DNA from: Planctomycetota bacterium
GTDB taxonomy: Bacteria; Planctomycetota; UBA1135; UBA2386
Assembly: GCA_046290465.1 (NCBI GenBank)
Contig: JBKAGP010000001.1
Location: 5,248,001-5,312,000, forward strand
Length of the DNA stretch: 64,000 bases
Direction: 5' to 3'
Shown here: piece after piece, positions 1 to 10,938 of the stretch
How positions within the stretch are numbered: the first letter of the stretch is position 1
How the letters are laid out: the number at the start of each line of letters is the position of its first letter
The notes under the pieces: generated by a model
What the model saw: the letters and a program-made list of their open reading frames with translations, nothing else
Database searches by the model: none
What the model was told of the DNA's origin: nothing
Made by a program: the position numbers and the translations under genes

Positions 1-134
1 GAGCCGACCCCGATGGAGGTGAGCCGGCTGCTCGACCTGCTCGAGGACGAGCAGCGTCGCGGCGCCGCCGAAGTGGACGCGTGGGGCATCGTCGCCAGCG
101 TGGTCCTGTGTCTCGACGAGTTCGTGAGCAAGCG

Positions 135-138
<4 letters not shown>
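1..138 (+). CDS. C-terminal fragment of a DUF1553/PSD1-type planctomycete protein (partial, runs off window start)
   Basis: Frame +1 is open from base 1 (EPTPMEVSRLL...AWGIVASVVLCLDEFVSKR*), a typical DUF1553 ending. Its stop overlaps the DUF1501 start (ATGA at 135-138). Confidence 0.7.
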
Positions 139-1526
<1,388 letters not shown>

Positions 1527-1536
1527 GCCGGAGCCG

Positions 1537-2076
1537 CTACGGCGTCAGCCCGCCGATCGCCCGCTGCAGGTTGGCGCGCGCGGGTGCTTCGAGCGTCTGC
1601 TTGCCCCATTCGGAGTAGAACAGGCGATCGCGCTGCAGCATGCCCTCGAAGAAGCCGCGGCGGCCGGCGGCGAAGTCCTCGTCGGGCACGTGCGCATACT
1701 CGCGCCGGATCGCGGCGGTGTTGCGTTCGAACGCCTCCCAGCCGACGGCCAGCGACATCAGGTCGAGGTCGAGCACGAGTTCGGACTGCACCGTCGACGG
1801 CACGTGGCCGCGGGTGTCGAGCACCATGCGGCCGACGCGTTCGATCGCTTCGACGTCCCAGCCGGACTTCGCGAGCCACTTCTGCGCCAGCCGCGCACTC
1901 TTCTGTTCGTTCTGGTCGCTCTCTGGGTCGTAGACCGCGTCGTGGAACCAGACCGCCATGATCTGCTCCTCGTCGAGCGGAAACTGCCTGCCGACGTGCA
2001 GCATCGCTGCGACGTGCTCGAGCGTGTGGTAGTGGCGCTGCGGCTCGAGGTACCGCCGCGTGAGGTCCATCAGCAT
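1537..2076 (-). CDS. HD-superfamily metal-dependent phosphohydrolase
   Basis: YxEPQRHYHTLEH, WFHDAVYDP, NEQKSA, DLDL and IRREYAHV motifs; start codon uncertain. Confidence 0.8.
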   Translation of the reverse strand: MLMDLTRRYLEPQRHYHTLEHVAAMLHVGRQFPLDEEQIMAVWFHDAVYDPESDQNEQKSARLAQKWLAKSGWDVEAIERVGRMVLDTRGHVPSTVQSELVLDLDLMSLAVGWEAFERNTAAIRREYAHVPDEDFAAGRRGFFEGMLQRDRLFYSEWGKQTLEAPARANLQRAIGGLTP

Positions 2077-2152
2077 GGATGTCGTCACAAGGGACCAGGG
2101 TATCGCGGCGAAGCGTGAAATCGCCACGGCCGTCCGGTGTTGTAGCCCAGGC

Positions 2153-2473
2153 ATGAACGACAAGGTGCACAAGCTGCTGGTCCGCCTGCGCTGGATGTCG
2201 CTGGTCGACGCGGTGTCCTACGTGCTGCTGGTCGGCGTGGCGATGCCGCTGAAGTACGCCGCCGGCATGCCGAAGGCGGTGACGGTGGTCGGCATGATCC
2301 ACGGGCTGGTCTGGATGCTGCTGATGTGGCTGCTGATGCGCACGCGGTTCGAGACCTCGTGGCCGTCCCGCCGCCTGTGGATCCTCGGCGTCGCCGCGCT
2401 GCTGCCGATCGTGCCGTTCTTCCTCGATGCCCACGTGCGTCGCTGGATCGAACGGACCGGATCGCCACGGTAG
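2153..2473 (+). CDS. DUF3817-family small membrane protein
   Basis: AVSYVLLVGVAMPLKY...GMIHG pattern; three hydrophobic segments. Confidence 0.8.
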   Translation: MNDKVHKLLVRLRWMSLVDAVSYVLLVGVAMPLKYAAGMPKAVTVVGMIHGLVWMLLMWLLMRTRFETSWPSRRLWILGVAALLPIVPFFLDAHVRRWIERTGSPR

Positions 2474-2510
2474 GCCGCCACGGTGGGCCGCGAGGCGGTA
2501 TCGTGCTCGC

Positions 2511-3629
2511 ATGAGCAGGCCGTTCGCAGGTCGGGGAGGCGCCGCGCTGCGCACTTCGTCGGCACCTTCGCTGGCGTTGGCTGCGCTGCTGCTGGCCACC
2601 GGGGGCACCGCCGCGGCCCAGTCGCCGCAGCCCGAGCCGGACGTCGTCGACGCGGAGCAACACGAGGCGCGCGGGGTGCGGCTGAAGGCCGCGATCGATG
2701 CCGGCCACGACTGGCTCAAGGCGCACCAGGAAGCCGACGGCCGCTTCAGCGCGTCGATGTTCGTCGTGCACGATCCCCGCGGCAAACCGTGCGACGGTCC
2801 CGGCAAGCCCGACCAGGACGTGTTCGTGACGGCGCTGGTGGTCAAGTCGTGGAACGGCATGGCCTGGCTGCCGGACGCCGGCGGCGACAACGGCGAGGGC
2901 ACGCATCCGCACGTGGTCAAGGCGACCGAATGGCTGTTCGCGCAGGTGCAGGAGGACGGCTCGGTCGGCCTGCCCAACGCGAGCACGCTGGTGCGCGACA
3001 CCGGCGCCGCCGGCGAGGTGCTGCACTGGGCGTGCATCTACCACGGCGGGTGGAAGGGGCGCTGGCAGCCGCGGAAGACCATCGAATGGCTCAAGCAGCA
3101 GGCCCTCGACCGTGGCCGCTGGCCGGCGCAGCCGGGGAGCCGCTCGCCCGACTGGGCCGCCGACACGCTGGTCACGTCCTGCCTCCAGGTGCTCGGCGGC
3201 GTCGGCGGAGGGGTCGAGGGTAACGGTCCGTTCGCCGCCGGTGGCGCGCTGCGCCGGTGCACCCCGGCCGAGCTCGGCGGTGCTGCCTACGTGTTCACCT
3301 GGGCCGTGCGCAACCAGGAGCTGCGCGCAGAAGCGTGCCGTCAGGCGCTGCAGCACCTGCCCAAGGTGCACACGCGCGCCGACGCGGTCGACTACTTCGG
3401 CTGGTACTGCGCGACCCAGGGCATGCAGTTCGAGCCGGCCGAGGCGTGGCGCACGTGGTGGCACGCGCTGGTCGACGTGGCCCTGCGCATGCAGCGCACC
3501 GACGGTTCGTTCGCCGGCTCGTGGGATCCGCTCGACGTGCGCGGCCGCGAGGGCGGTCGGGTCTACGCCACCGCCTGCATGCTGCTCGCGCTCGAGGTCG
3601 CGTGGCGCAAGGAATACCGCGACCGTTGA
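2511..3629 (+). CDS. Secreted prenyltransferase/squalene oxidase repeat (alpha/alpha barrel) protein
   Basis: Signal-like N-terminus; QW-like repeats WLKAHQEADGRF and WLFAQVQEDG; ends GSWDP...GGRVYATACMLLALEV. Confidence 0.7.
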   Translation: MSRPFAGRGGAALRTSSAPSLALAALLLATGGTAAAQSPQPEPDVVDAEQHEARGVRLKAAIDAGHDWLKAHQEADGRFSASMFVVHDPRGKPCDGPGKPDQDVFVTALVVKSWNGMAWLPDAGGDNGEGTHPHVVKATEWLFAQVQEDGSVGLPNASTLVRDTGAAGEVLHWACIYHGGWKGRWQPRKTIEWLKQQALDRGRWPAQPGSRSPDWAADTLVTSCLQVLGGVGGGVEGNGPFAAGGALRRCTPAELGGAAYVFTWAVRNQELRAEACRQALQHLPKVHTRADAVDYFGWYCATQGMQFEPAEAWRTWWHALVDVALRMQRTDGSFAGSWDPLDVRGREGGRVYATACMLLALEVAWRKEYRDR

Positions 3630-5969
3630 TCAGCGCAGCTGCACGCTCGCCGGGCTGGCTCCGACGGTGACGGTGCGCGCCTGCGGGGCCGCCGGGTCGC
3701 CCCACAGCAGCAACCACTCGCCGCGCGGCAGCAGGAACTCGAACTGGCCCTGGCGCACGGGCGCCGCGAGCACGTCGAGCTCGCGGCGGCGCTCGAACAG
3801 TTCGAGCCGCGCATCGGGGTTTGGGCGGTCGATGCGCAGCAGCCCCGGTTCTGGCAGCTGCTGCATGCCGAGGTCCGCGATGCTCTGCCCGTCGACCTGG
3901 TGCACGCCGAGGTCCAGCACGCCGATCTGCGGCCCGCTGAGGCCGACGCGGTAGCGGCCGGGCGGCAGCTCTCCGAGTTGGTAGCGGCCTTCGCGGCGCG
4001 TCATCATCGCCCCGCGGCCGGTCGCCAGCTGGTAGACGAACGCCTCGACGTTGTGCGCGTGCTCGACCTCGTCGGGCAGCTGCAGGTGCAGCGCGCCCGC
4101 GGGCAGGCCCTGCATGGTCAGGTCGAACGTCACCGGCGCCCCCGGGAATGCCTCGGCGAGGTGCACAGCCGGCAGGCGACCTCGCGGCGACCACAGCAGC
4201 ATCGAACCCTGCTGCGACGTCAGGTTGGCGAGCGTGAAGTCGTTGCCGATGAGCACGGCGCCGTCCGCATGGAACGTGTCGACGGCGCGGTACTCGACCC
4301 GCCAGCCGTCGGCCTTGGCGTCGTCGGGCAGCAGCACCCTGCCGGTGAGCGTGCGGTCCTGTGCCAGGTAGAGATCGACGGTCCGCGGCGTGTCGGCCAC
4401 CACGTCGACGGTCCGGCGGGCGATGCCGTCGGCGCCGCCGCCCGCGCGCACCTCGAGCTTGCCCGGGATCACGAACGACAGGCTGTAGCTGCCGTCGGCT
4501 TTGGTCTTGGTGCGCCCCTCGGGCATGTCCGGGCGCAGGCCCCAGGCGACGGTGGCGCCGGCGACGGGTCGGCCCTGCGCGTCGCGCACCACGCCGCGGA
4601 TCGCGCTGATTTCGTCCGGCTCCTTCTGCTCTTCCGGCAGGAAGTAGTCGCCGAACGGCGGCGGTGGCGGCCGCATCACGAAGTCCGGTCGGCGCGTGCC
4701 GGTGTCGCCGAGCAGCGAGTCCTGGAAGCGACCGAACGGATGCAGGTCGGACTTCGCCAGCAGCGCCGCGTCGAACAGTCGGTTGCTGCCGGTGCCGGCG
4801 GTGTGGCAGGTCGTGCAGTCCTGCGACGACGCCATGCGGGCCGCCTGGCACAGGTTGGCGTTGGCGCCGTCGGCGTGCAGCAGCACGACCTCGTTGGGCG
4901 CGTCGGCGTGCACGCGCAGCTCGCGCAGGCCCTGCGCCGACTGCACGAACATCAGGCCGACCTGCACCGTCATCGTCGGCACCCGCGCACGCCAGGTCAG
5001 CGTGACCTCGCCCGTGGCACCGGTCGGCTCCAGCCAGCGGTTGAGCCGGCCGCCGGCCGGGCCGATCGCGACCCCGGCGTCGCGGATCCGCAGGCCGTCA
5101 CGGTCGAGCACGCGGCAGCGCAGCCGGAACTCGAACGGATGCAGCAGGTCGACGGCATCGGAGCGGGTCGCGCGGAGGGCCTCCTCGCGCTCGATCGGCG
5201 CCGGTGTGGCGTCGGTCGCCAGCGCCCCGCGCGCCGACGTCGCGTCGGAGTCGGCGAGCCTGGTCGCCTGCGGCGGCGCGGCGTCGTCGGTGGGCCAGAG
5301 CAGCCAGGTGGCGACCGCGATCGCGGCTGTGCCGAACAGGATCTTGGTGGTGTGTGCCATCAGCAGGACGGATGCGGTGGTCGCGGCGGCGACGCCGGTG
5401 CCGGTCAGCGGCAGGCCGGTCGCGGCACAGAGCGCCTCGCGCCAGTCGCGACCGTGGTCGCGTTGGAGCCGTTCGCGCAGCAGCTGCAGGCCGCGTCGCA
5501 GGCGGCTCTTGACGGTCGCCAGCGGCGTCCCGGTGCCGGCCGCGATCTCGCCCGGCGTGCGGCCGGCGAAGTAGCGCAGCGTCAGCGCGCGCTGGTAGGG
5601 CTCGGGCAACTGCCACAGCGCCTCGGTCACGGCGCGCAGTGTCTCGGGTTCGCTGTTCGGACCGCCGGCCGCCGCGGCCTGCGCCGCGTCGTGCTCCTGC
5701 TCGCGCTGCCGCCGGCGTCGCTCGTCGCGACGCTGGTTGCTGGCGAGGTTGCGCAGGATCGTCGCCAGCCACGGACGCAGACCGCGCCGCTCCGGCGGCG
5801 GGCTGCGCCAGGCGCGCAGCATCGTCTCCTGGACCAGGTCGTCGGCGTCGTCGCCGCGACCGGTCAGGTCGCGCGCCAGCGAACGCAGGGCGCTGGCGCT
5901 CTGGGCCAGTTCTTCTGCGAGCCGCCCTTCGGCGAGTCGGTCTTCGGCGAGTCGGTCGTCGGGGTGCAT
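3630..5969 (-). CDS. ECF sigma factor with long C-terminal extension (TM helix, carboxypeptidase-regulatory-like beta domains, one CxxCH)
   Basis: Sigma region 2 DADDLVQETMLRAW; region 4 LRYFAGRTPGEIA...TVKSRLRRG; hydrophobic segment; IRGVVRDAQGRPVAGATV repeat; CTTCH. Confidence 0.85.
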   Translation of the reverse strand: MHPDDRLAEDRLAEGRLAEELAQSASALRSLARDLTGRGDDADDLVQETMLRAWRSPPPERRGLRPWLATILRNLASNQRRDERRRRQREQEHDAAQAAAAGGPNSEPETLRAVTEALWQLPEPYQRALTLRYFAGRTPGEIAAGTGTPLATVKSRLRRGLQLLRERLQRDHGRDWREALCAATGLPLTGTGVAAATTASVLLMAHTTKILFGTAAIAVATWLLWPTDDAAPPQATRLADSDATSARGALATDATPAPIEREEALRATRSDAVDLLHPFEFRLRCRVLDRDGLRIRDAGVAIGPAGGRLNRWLEPTGATGEVTLTWRARVPTMTVQVGLMFVQSAQGLRELRVHADAPNEVVLLHADGANANLCQAARMASSQDCTTCHTAGTGSNRLFDAALLAKSDLHPFGRFQDSLLGDTGTRRPDFVMRPPPPPFGDYFLPEEQKEPDEISAIRGVVRDAQGRPVAGATVAWGLRPDMPEGRTKTKADGSYSLSFVIPGKLEVRAGGGADGIARRTVDVVADTPRTVDLYLAQDRTLTGRVLLPDDAKADGWRVEYRAVDTFHADGAVLIGNDFTLANLTSQQGSMLLWSPRGRLPAVHLAEAFPGAPVTFDLTMQGLPAGALHLQLPDEVEHAHNVEAFVYQLATGRGAMMTRREGRYQLGELPPGRYRVGLSGPQIGVLDLGVHQVDGQSIADLGMQQLPEPGLLRIDRPNPDARLELFERRRELDVLAAPVRQGQFEFLLPRGEWLLLWGDPAAPQARTVTVGASPASVQLR
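5913..5957. repeat. In-frame 15-bp tandem repeat (about 3 units) at the 5' end of the ECF gene
   Basis: TTCGGCGAGTCGGTC occurs twice exactly (5928-5957), plus one degenerate unit; encodes DRLAE-DRLAE-GRLAE. Confidence 0.8.
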
Positions 5970-6023
5970 CGGCGGGTCCAACCGTAGCACCCCGCCGACG
6001 CCGCCGCGGATGCAGCGGATCCG

Positions 6024-9000
6024 CTACTTCTTCCGCTGCTGCTTCAGGAACGCGATCAGGTCGCGGATCTGGCGCTTGCTGAGCTGCGCGCCCATCGCCG
6101 GCATCGCGCTGTCCTTGTTGGCCCGGCGCGAACGGATCTTGCTGGCCTGCACGTCGGTCTGCTTGCCGTTGATGTCGACGATGGTCACCTGGCCGTCCTG
6201 GTCCTTGGTGATGACGCCGGACAGCACCGAGCTGTCGGTCAGCTCCAGCGTGGTCGTGCTGAAGCCCTCGGCGATGCGCGCACTCGGGGCGATCAGCGCC
6301 TCCAGGATCACGCCCGGATTCAGCCGCTTGCCGACGTCGTCGAGCACCGGGCCGGCGTTGCCGCCGTTGCCGCGCAGCGTGTGGCAGCGCGTGCAGCGGG
6401 TCGCTTCGAAGTCGTGGAAGACGCGGCGCCCCTTGCGCGCGTCGCCACCCTCGAGGCAGATCTGGAAGGGGCCGAGCGGGCCCTGTTCGAGCGCGGCACG
6501 TTCGCGGGCGTCGACCAGGTCCTGCAGCGCCGCGTGCTTGCGCGCCGCCTCCACGAGGTCGAGCTGCACGGCCGGCGGCACGTCGTCGCCTCGCTGCAGC
6601 CACGAGCGCAGCAGCGCGGTCGCCGACTCGTGCTGCAGGTTGCCGAGCGCCTCGCAGGCGGCCTGGCGTTCGCCGACCGACGCGTTCTGCAGCAGCGTCC
6701 CGAGCACTGGCACCGCCTTCTCGGGGGCGCGCTTCGACAGCAGCGCGACGGCGCGCTTGCGCAGCTGCACCGGCGCCTCTGCATCGATCGCGTCCATCGC
6801 CCCGTCGAGCTGCTCGGCGTCCAGCCGGGCGAGCGCATCGAGCGCCGCGACGCGCGCGGCAGGCGGCAGGCCGGTGCGGGCGACCTGGGCGGCCAGCGCG
6901 TCGGCCAGTTCTCCGAGGCCGAGCGCGGCGATCGTGCGCGCGGTGGCCTCGGCGGTCACCTTGTCGGCGAGCAGCTTGTCGGTCGAGCCGCGGAAGTTCT
7001 CGGCGACGATGCGCGCGTCCTTGTGTTCGCACGGCCGCCAGTTGCCGATCACGCGGCACTGGCCGTCGGGCGCGGCCCACTCGGCCAGCACGTCGAGCGC
7101 TTCGAGGCGGATCTTCTTCGAGTGGTTGCCGAGCGTCGCCAGGTGCACCAGCGCCTCACCGTCCTCGACCTGGCCACGCATGCGCGCGGCGTTGATCGCG
7201 CGCCAGTCGACGCGTTCGCTGTCGGCCTCGTCGTCGTAGACGAGCCGGGCCAGCGCCTGGATCGCCTCGGGGATCGGGGTCTCGTAGATCGCGCGGGCGG
7301 CCTCGAAGCGGAACTGCTCGTCCGGGTGCTTCAGGAAGCGCGCGACCTCCGGGGCCCCTTTTCGGGCGAGCGCGAGCAGCGCGGCGCGCTGCACGGCGCG
7401 GCTCCGGTCGTCGATGCGTCGCACCAGCTGCTCGCGCGGTGCGGTCTGGCCGAGCGCGTAGACCAGCGCGTGCCGCAGCACCGCGTCGCGGTCGTCGTTG
7501 TGGCGGGCGGCGTCGAACAGGCGGTCGGTCGCGGGCGCGGCCATCGCGCCGAGGCGGGCGAGCGCGAACGCCGCCTCGCGCTTGACCCGCGAGTTGTCGT
7601 CCTGCAGCCGGTCCGTCAGCTGCGGCAGCGAACCGTCGGCACGCGCGTCGCCCAGCGCGCGTGCGGCCATCGCGCGCACGTCGCCGTCGTCGTCGGCCAG
7701 CAGCTTCGACAGTGTCACCCGGCAGCCGTCGTCGGCACCCTTGCGCAGCAGGATGCCGAGGCCCCAGATGCCGTGCAGGCGCGCGACCCGCGAGGTGCGC
7801 TGCGACGTCGCCGCCTCGAACGCGTCCTTCGCCTTCAAGTCGACCAGTGCGAACTGGGCCTTCTGGCGGATGCGGCGGTCGGCGTGCGCGAGCAGCGGCT
7901 GCAGCTGGGCCTTGCGGAACCGCGAGAAGTCCTGGCCGAGGATCCGCGCGCTGTTGCGCAGCTTGAAGTCGTTGGCCATCTGCGGGGTGCGCACCTTGTA
8001 GATGCGGCCCTTGCCGGTCTTCGACCAGCCGTGCACCCAGTCGAACAGGTACAGCGAGCCGTCGGGCCCGAAGTCACAGTCGGTGGCCAGCACGTTCCAG
8101 GCCAGCTTGTCGTGGTCCTGCACCTCGTAGCCGGCGCCGTTGCGGCTGAGCCGGAACGTGCGGATGCCGCTGTAGCTGGCGCCGCCGCGGAAGTCGCACA
8201 GGAAGAAGCAGTCGCGGAAGCGATCGGGCAGGCCGATGCCGGGATCGTAGACCAGGCCCGACGGGCCGTCGGCGAAGTTGCGGATCGGCGGCACGATGCC
8301 GGCGGTCTGCTCCGGGTGGCGCGGGTGCCACATCTTCTCGCGGTTCCACGCGCCGCGATCGCGCAGCCACTGGAAGCCGATGCGCCAGCCGCTGTCGGCG
8401 CCGGGCAGCACCTGCACCAGCCGCGCCTTGTCGCCGCCGTCGCTGTTGTTGTCGCCGGTGATCAGGTCACCCCACTGGTCGAACGCGAGCTCCTGCGGAT
8501 TGCGCAGGCCGCGGTGCACGACCTCCAGGTCGCTGCCGTCGAGTTCGCAGCGCAGCACCGCGCCTTCGTGCGGGTAGGCGAACGTCTCGCCCTCGTGTTC
8601 GACGTGGAAGCCGCGGTCGCCGATCGACCAGTAGAGGCGGCGGTCCGGGCCGACGATCAGGCCGTGCATGTCGTGGCCCATCAGCGACGTGTGCACGCCG
8701 AAGCCGTCGAACATCACCTTGCGCTGGTCGGCGACGCCGTCGCCGTCGTCGTCGCGCAGGCTCCAGACCTTGGGGATCAACGTCGTGATGACGTCGCTGC
8801 CGACCGGCAGCACGCCGGCGATCAGGCCGTCCTCGAGTTCGTTGAAGCCCTCGGCGAAGGTCGTCACGCGGTCGAGCGAGCCGTTGTTGTCGGTGTCGGC
8901 CAGCAGCACGATGCGCTCGCTGTACGACTTGAGCTTCTCGACCTTGTCCGGGATGTGCTTGTGGTACTTCGCGACGCGGTCGGCCACGGTCAGCGCCGCC

Positions 9001-9329
9001 AGGTCGTCGTCGAGCCACCGCATGTAGTTGCGGTTGTCGAACACGCCGTCGCGCACGCGGAAGGTCTCGCAAACGTAGATGTTGCCGCGGTCGTCGACCT
9101 TGAAGGCGACGCCGTTGCAGATGTCCGGCTCGGCGGCGACCAGCTCGGCGCGCAGGCCGTCCGCGAGCTGGATCGTCGGGATCTTGCCGGCCCCCTCGTC
9201 GCTCGCGTTGGCGACGAACATCGGCTTCTTGGGGTCGGGCTGGGTCGAGCCGTGCTGCGCCGCAGCGGGGGCGCACAGCAGCAGGGGCATCAGCACCGGT
9301 GGGAGAACGAGGGAGAAGGTGCGAACCAT
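6024..9329 (-). CDS. PVC-type heme-binding CxxCH membrane-bound dehydrogenase (beta-propeller + HEAT repeats + cytochrome c)
   Basis: Signal peptide; GHDMHG...GPD, GLRNPQELAFD propeller motifs; HEAT repeats; C-terminal CTRCH...GPVL...SAMP cytochrome c. Confidence 0.9.
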   Translation of the reverse strand: MVRTFSLVLPPVLMPLLLCAPAAAQHGSTQPDPKKPMFVANASDEGAGKIPTIQLADGLRAELVAAEPDICNGVAFKVDDRGNIYVCETFRVRDGVFDNRNYMRWLDDDLAALTVADRVAKYHKHIPDKVEKLKSYSERIVLLADTDNNGSLDRVTTFAEGFNELEDGLIAGVLPVGSDVITTLIPKVWSLRDDDGDGVADQRKVMFDGFGVHTSLMGHDMHGLIVGPDRRLYWSIGDRGFHVEHEGETFAYPHEGAVLRCELDGSDLEVVHRGLRNPQELAFDQWGDLITGDNNSDGGDKARLVQVLPGADSGWRIGFQWLRDRGAWNREKMWHPRHPEQTAGIVPPIRNFADGPSGLVYDPGIGLPDRFRDCFFLCDFRGGASYSGIRTFRLSRNGAGYEVQDHDKLAWNVLATDCDFGPDGSLYLFDWVHGWSKTGKGRIYKVRTPQMANDFKLRNSARILGQDFSRFRKAQLQPLLAHADRRIRQKAQFALVDLKAKDAFEAATSQRTSRVARLHGIWGLGILLRKGADDGCRVTLSKLLADDDGDVRAMAARALGDARADGSLPQLTDRLQDDNSRVKREAAFALARLGAMAAPATDRLFDAARHNDDRDAVLRHALVYALGQTAPREQLVRRIDDRSRAVQRAALLALARKGAPEVARFLKHPDEQFRFEAARAIYETPIPEAIQALARLVYDDEADSERVDWRAINAARMRGQVEDGEALVHLATLGNHSKKIRLEALDVLAEWAAPDGQCRVIGNWRPCEHKDARIVAENFRGSTDKLLADKVTAEATARTIAALGLGELADALAAQVARTGLPPAARVAALDALARLDAEQLDGAMDAIDAEAPVQLRKRAVALLSKRAPEKAVPVLGTLLQNASVGERQAACEALGNLQHESATALLRSWLQRGDDVPPAVQLDLVEAARKHAALQDLVDARERAALEQGPLGPFQICLEGGDARKGRRVFHDFEATRCTRCHTLRGNGGNAGPVLDDVGKRLNPGVILEALIAPSARIAEGFSTTTLELTDSSVLSGVITKDQDGQVTIVDINGKQTDVQASKIRSRRANKDSAMPAMGAQLSKRQIRDLIAFLKQQRKK

Positions 9330-9442
9330 CGGTCCGACGAGTGTATGCGGCGATGGCCCCCGTCAACCGGTGCCAGCACAGAATGTCGAACCAGGCCCTC
9401 CGTTCATGCGCCGGAGCGCGGACCTTCTCGGGAGGCTCCGCG

Positions 9443-10831
9443 CTACCGCCAGGTGACCTCGCCGGTCTTCTCGGTATCGAACGCGATCATGTCGGAGCGT
9501 TTGGATCCACCTGGGTGCCGCAGCATGATCTTGCCGGTCGGCTGCGAGAGCCCGGTGATCCGGAAGCGGTGGGGGCCGGACCACAGCCCGCCGTAGACGT
9601 CGAGCCTGAGCCCGCGCGTGACGCCCCTGGGCCTGGACGCCACGTTCCAGGCAAGCTGTGCGGTCGGAGGAAGTCCGACGGAAGGGGCTACCTCCACGGT
9701 GATCGTGTGCGTGCCTACTCCATCGGAGAGCCGCAGCTGCACGTCGGACTCCTGCACCTCGAACGTCTTGGACGACACGACGAACCCCCCTTCGTTCTTC
9801 GAGGTCGCGGTGACCCGGTAGCGTCCGGGAAGGCAGCCTTCTGTGTGCGCGCTACCGCCGACGGGAACGCTGCGCTCTTCGGTCCACGTCGCGACCTCGG
9901 CCCACTGTGCGACGAGCGAGTTCGGTCCCTTGGGATGGAACCGGTAGAGCGCGATCATCGCCGGAGACTGCGCGCCCGGCAGGTCCGAGAGGAGCGTGAT
10001 CGCTCGCGTGGGGGACGCCGCTATCGAGACGCGCAGAGCTGCTCCCGGAGTCGCCACCATCGGGGCGCTCACGGGGATGCCCTTGGTCGTTCCGACGCCC
10101 AGCGTGAGCGTCGTGCGGCCCTGCTTGCCCTCGCTTGCGTGGCCGCTCCAGGCGGGGTGGCTGGGCGTGACGACGACCGGCAGCTCGCACTCGACCAGCG
10201 CGCAGATCCGTGCGCCCGACGGGATGCGGACCTTCTCGCCGATCCTTGCGGTCGCGACGGTGGTCTCTGCGCTGCCCGGCGGCAGCCTGCGTGTGCGCTG
10301 CCACTCGGCCGCGACGCGCGGCGTGATGGAGTCGGACGCCACCAGTCGGATCGATATCCCGGCTGCCGCGACGGCGCTCTCCTTCGACAGGTCGGCTTCG
10401 AACGTCCCGAAGCAATCCAGCGACAGGGAATCGACCGAGGCGTCGATCGTCGCCGTGACGGGGGCGAACCAGTCGCCTTCCGCTGGCGTGAGGGAGACGC
10501 GTTCGGCGGGCAGCTCGATCCGGCCGTTCGCCGAGGTCTCCGCCGTCCGATGTGCGTTGTGGTCCGTCGTGACCAGTAGGCGTCGGCCTGCCAGCGGCTG
10601 CCTTGTCGCCGCGTCCAGCAGCAGGACCGCGCGCAGGCGCGCTGGCGCCTGCTGACGTGTTGCAGGTGTGGAGGCGGTCGTGGTCTGATTCGCCTGGTCG
10701 GGTTCGATGTCGGGTGCGCCGCCAGCCGCCGCCGGCACCGGGGCCGGCGGCTCCTCTGGCTGCACGAACCACCACACCGTCGCGGTAGCGGCGACGAGCG
10801 CGACGGCGAACAGGGGCATGCGCATGTTCAT
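9443..10831 (-). CDS. Hypothetical N-terminally anchored/exported protein
   Basis: 462-aa ORF filling the gap between two genes; hydrophobic N-terminus then a Pro/Ala linker; no family recognised. Confidence 0.55.
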   Translation of the reverse strand: MNMRMPLFAVALVAATATVWWFVQPEEPPAPVPAAAGGAPDIEPDQANQTTTASTPATRQQAPARLRAVLLLDAATRQPLAGRRLLVTTDHNAHRTAETSANGRIELPAERVSLTPAEGDWFAPVTATIDASVDSLSLDCFGTFEADLSKESAVAAAGISIRLVASDSITPRVAAEWQRTRRLPPGSAETTVATARIGEKVRIPSGARICALVECELPVVVTPSHPAWSGHASEGKQGRTTLTLGVGTTKGIPVSAPMVATPGAALRVSIAASPTRAITLLSDLPGAQSPAMIALYRFHPKGPNSLVAQWAEVATWTEERSVPVGGSAHTEGCLPGRYRVTATSKNEGGFVVSSKTFEVQESDVQLRLSDGVGTHTITVEVAPSVGLPPTAQLAWNVASRPRGVTRGLRLDVYGGLWSGPHRFRITGLSQPTGKIMLRHPGGSKRSDMIAFDTEKTGEVTWR

Positions 10832-10858
10832 CGATGCAGGCGGACTCTCGGAATGCGG

Positions 10859-10938
10859 CTAGGGCGTGACGTTCTGGATCCAAGCGGCCGTGCAGACCTC
10901 GGCGGTGGCGGCGGCCGATCGGGTGGCTTGCCGCCTAG
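10859..10938. repeat. 80-bp CTAG-flanked segment, possible distant relative of the 87-bp elements
   Basis: CTAGGGCGTG...GGCTTGCCGCCTAG; the right CTAG holds the VWA gene stop codon; only the ends resemble the 20369/25623 elements. Confidence 0.35.

Noticed and set aside
2511..3629. Squalene-hopene cyclase / terpene cluster
   Set aside because: No DxDD motif, too short, apparently exported, and no terpene genes are adjacent.
5913..5957. 15-bp tandem repeat as a phase-variation switch
   Set aside because: Unit length is a multiple of three, so copy change would not shift the frame.
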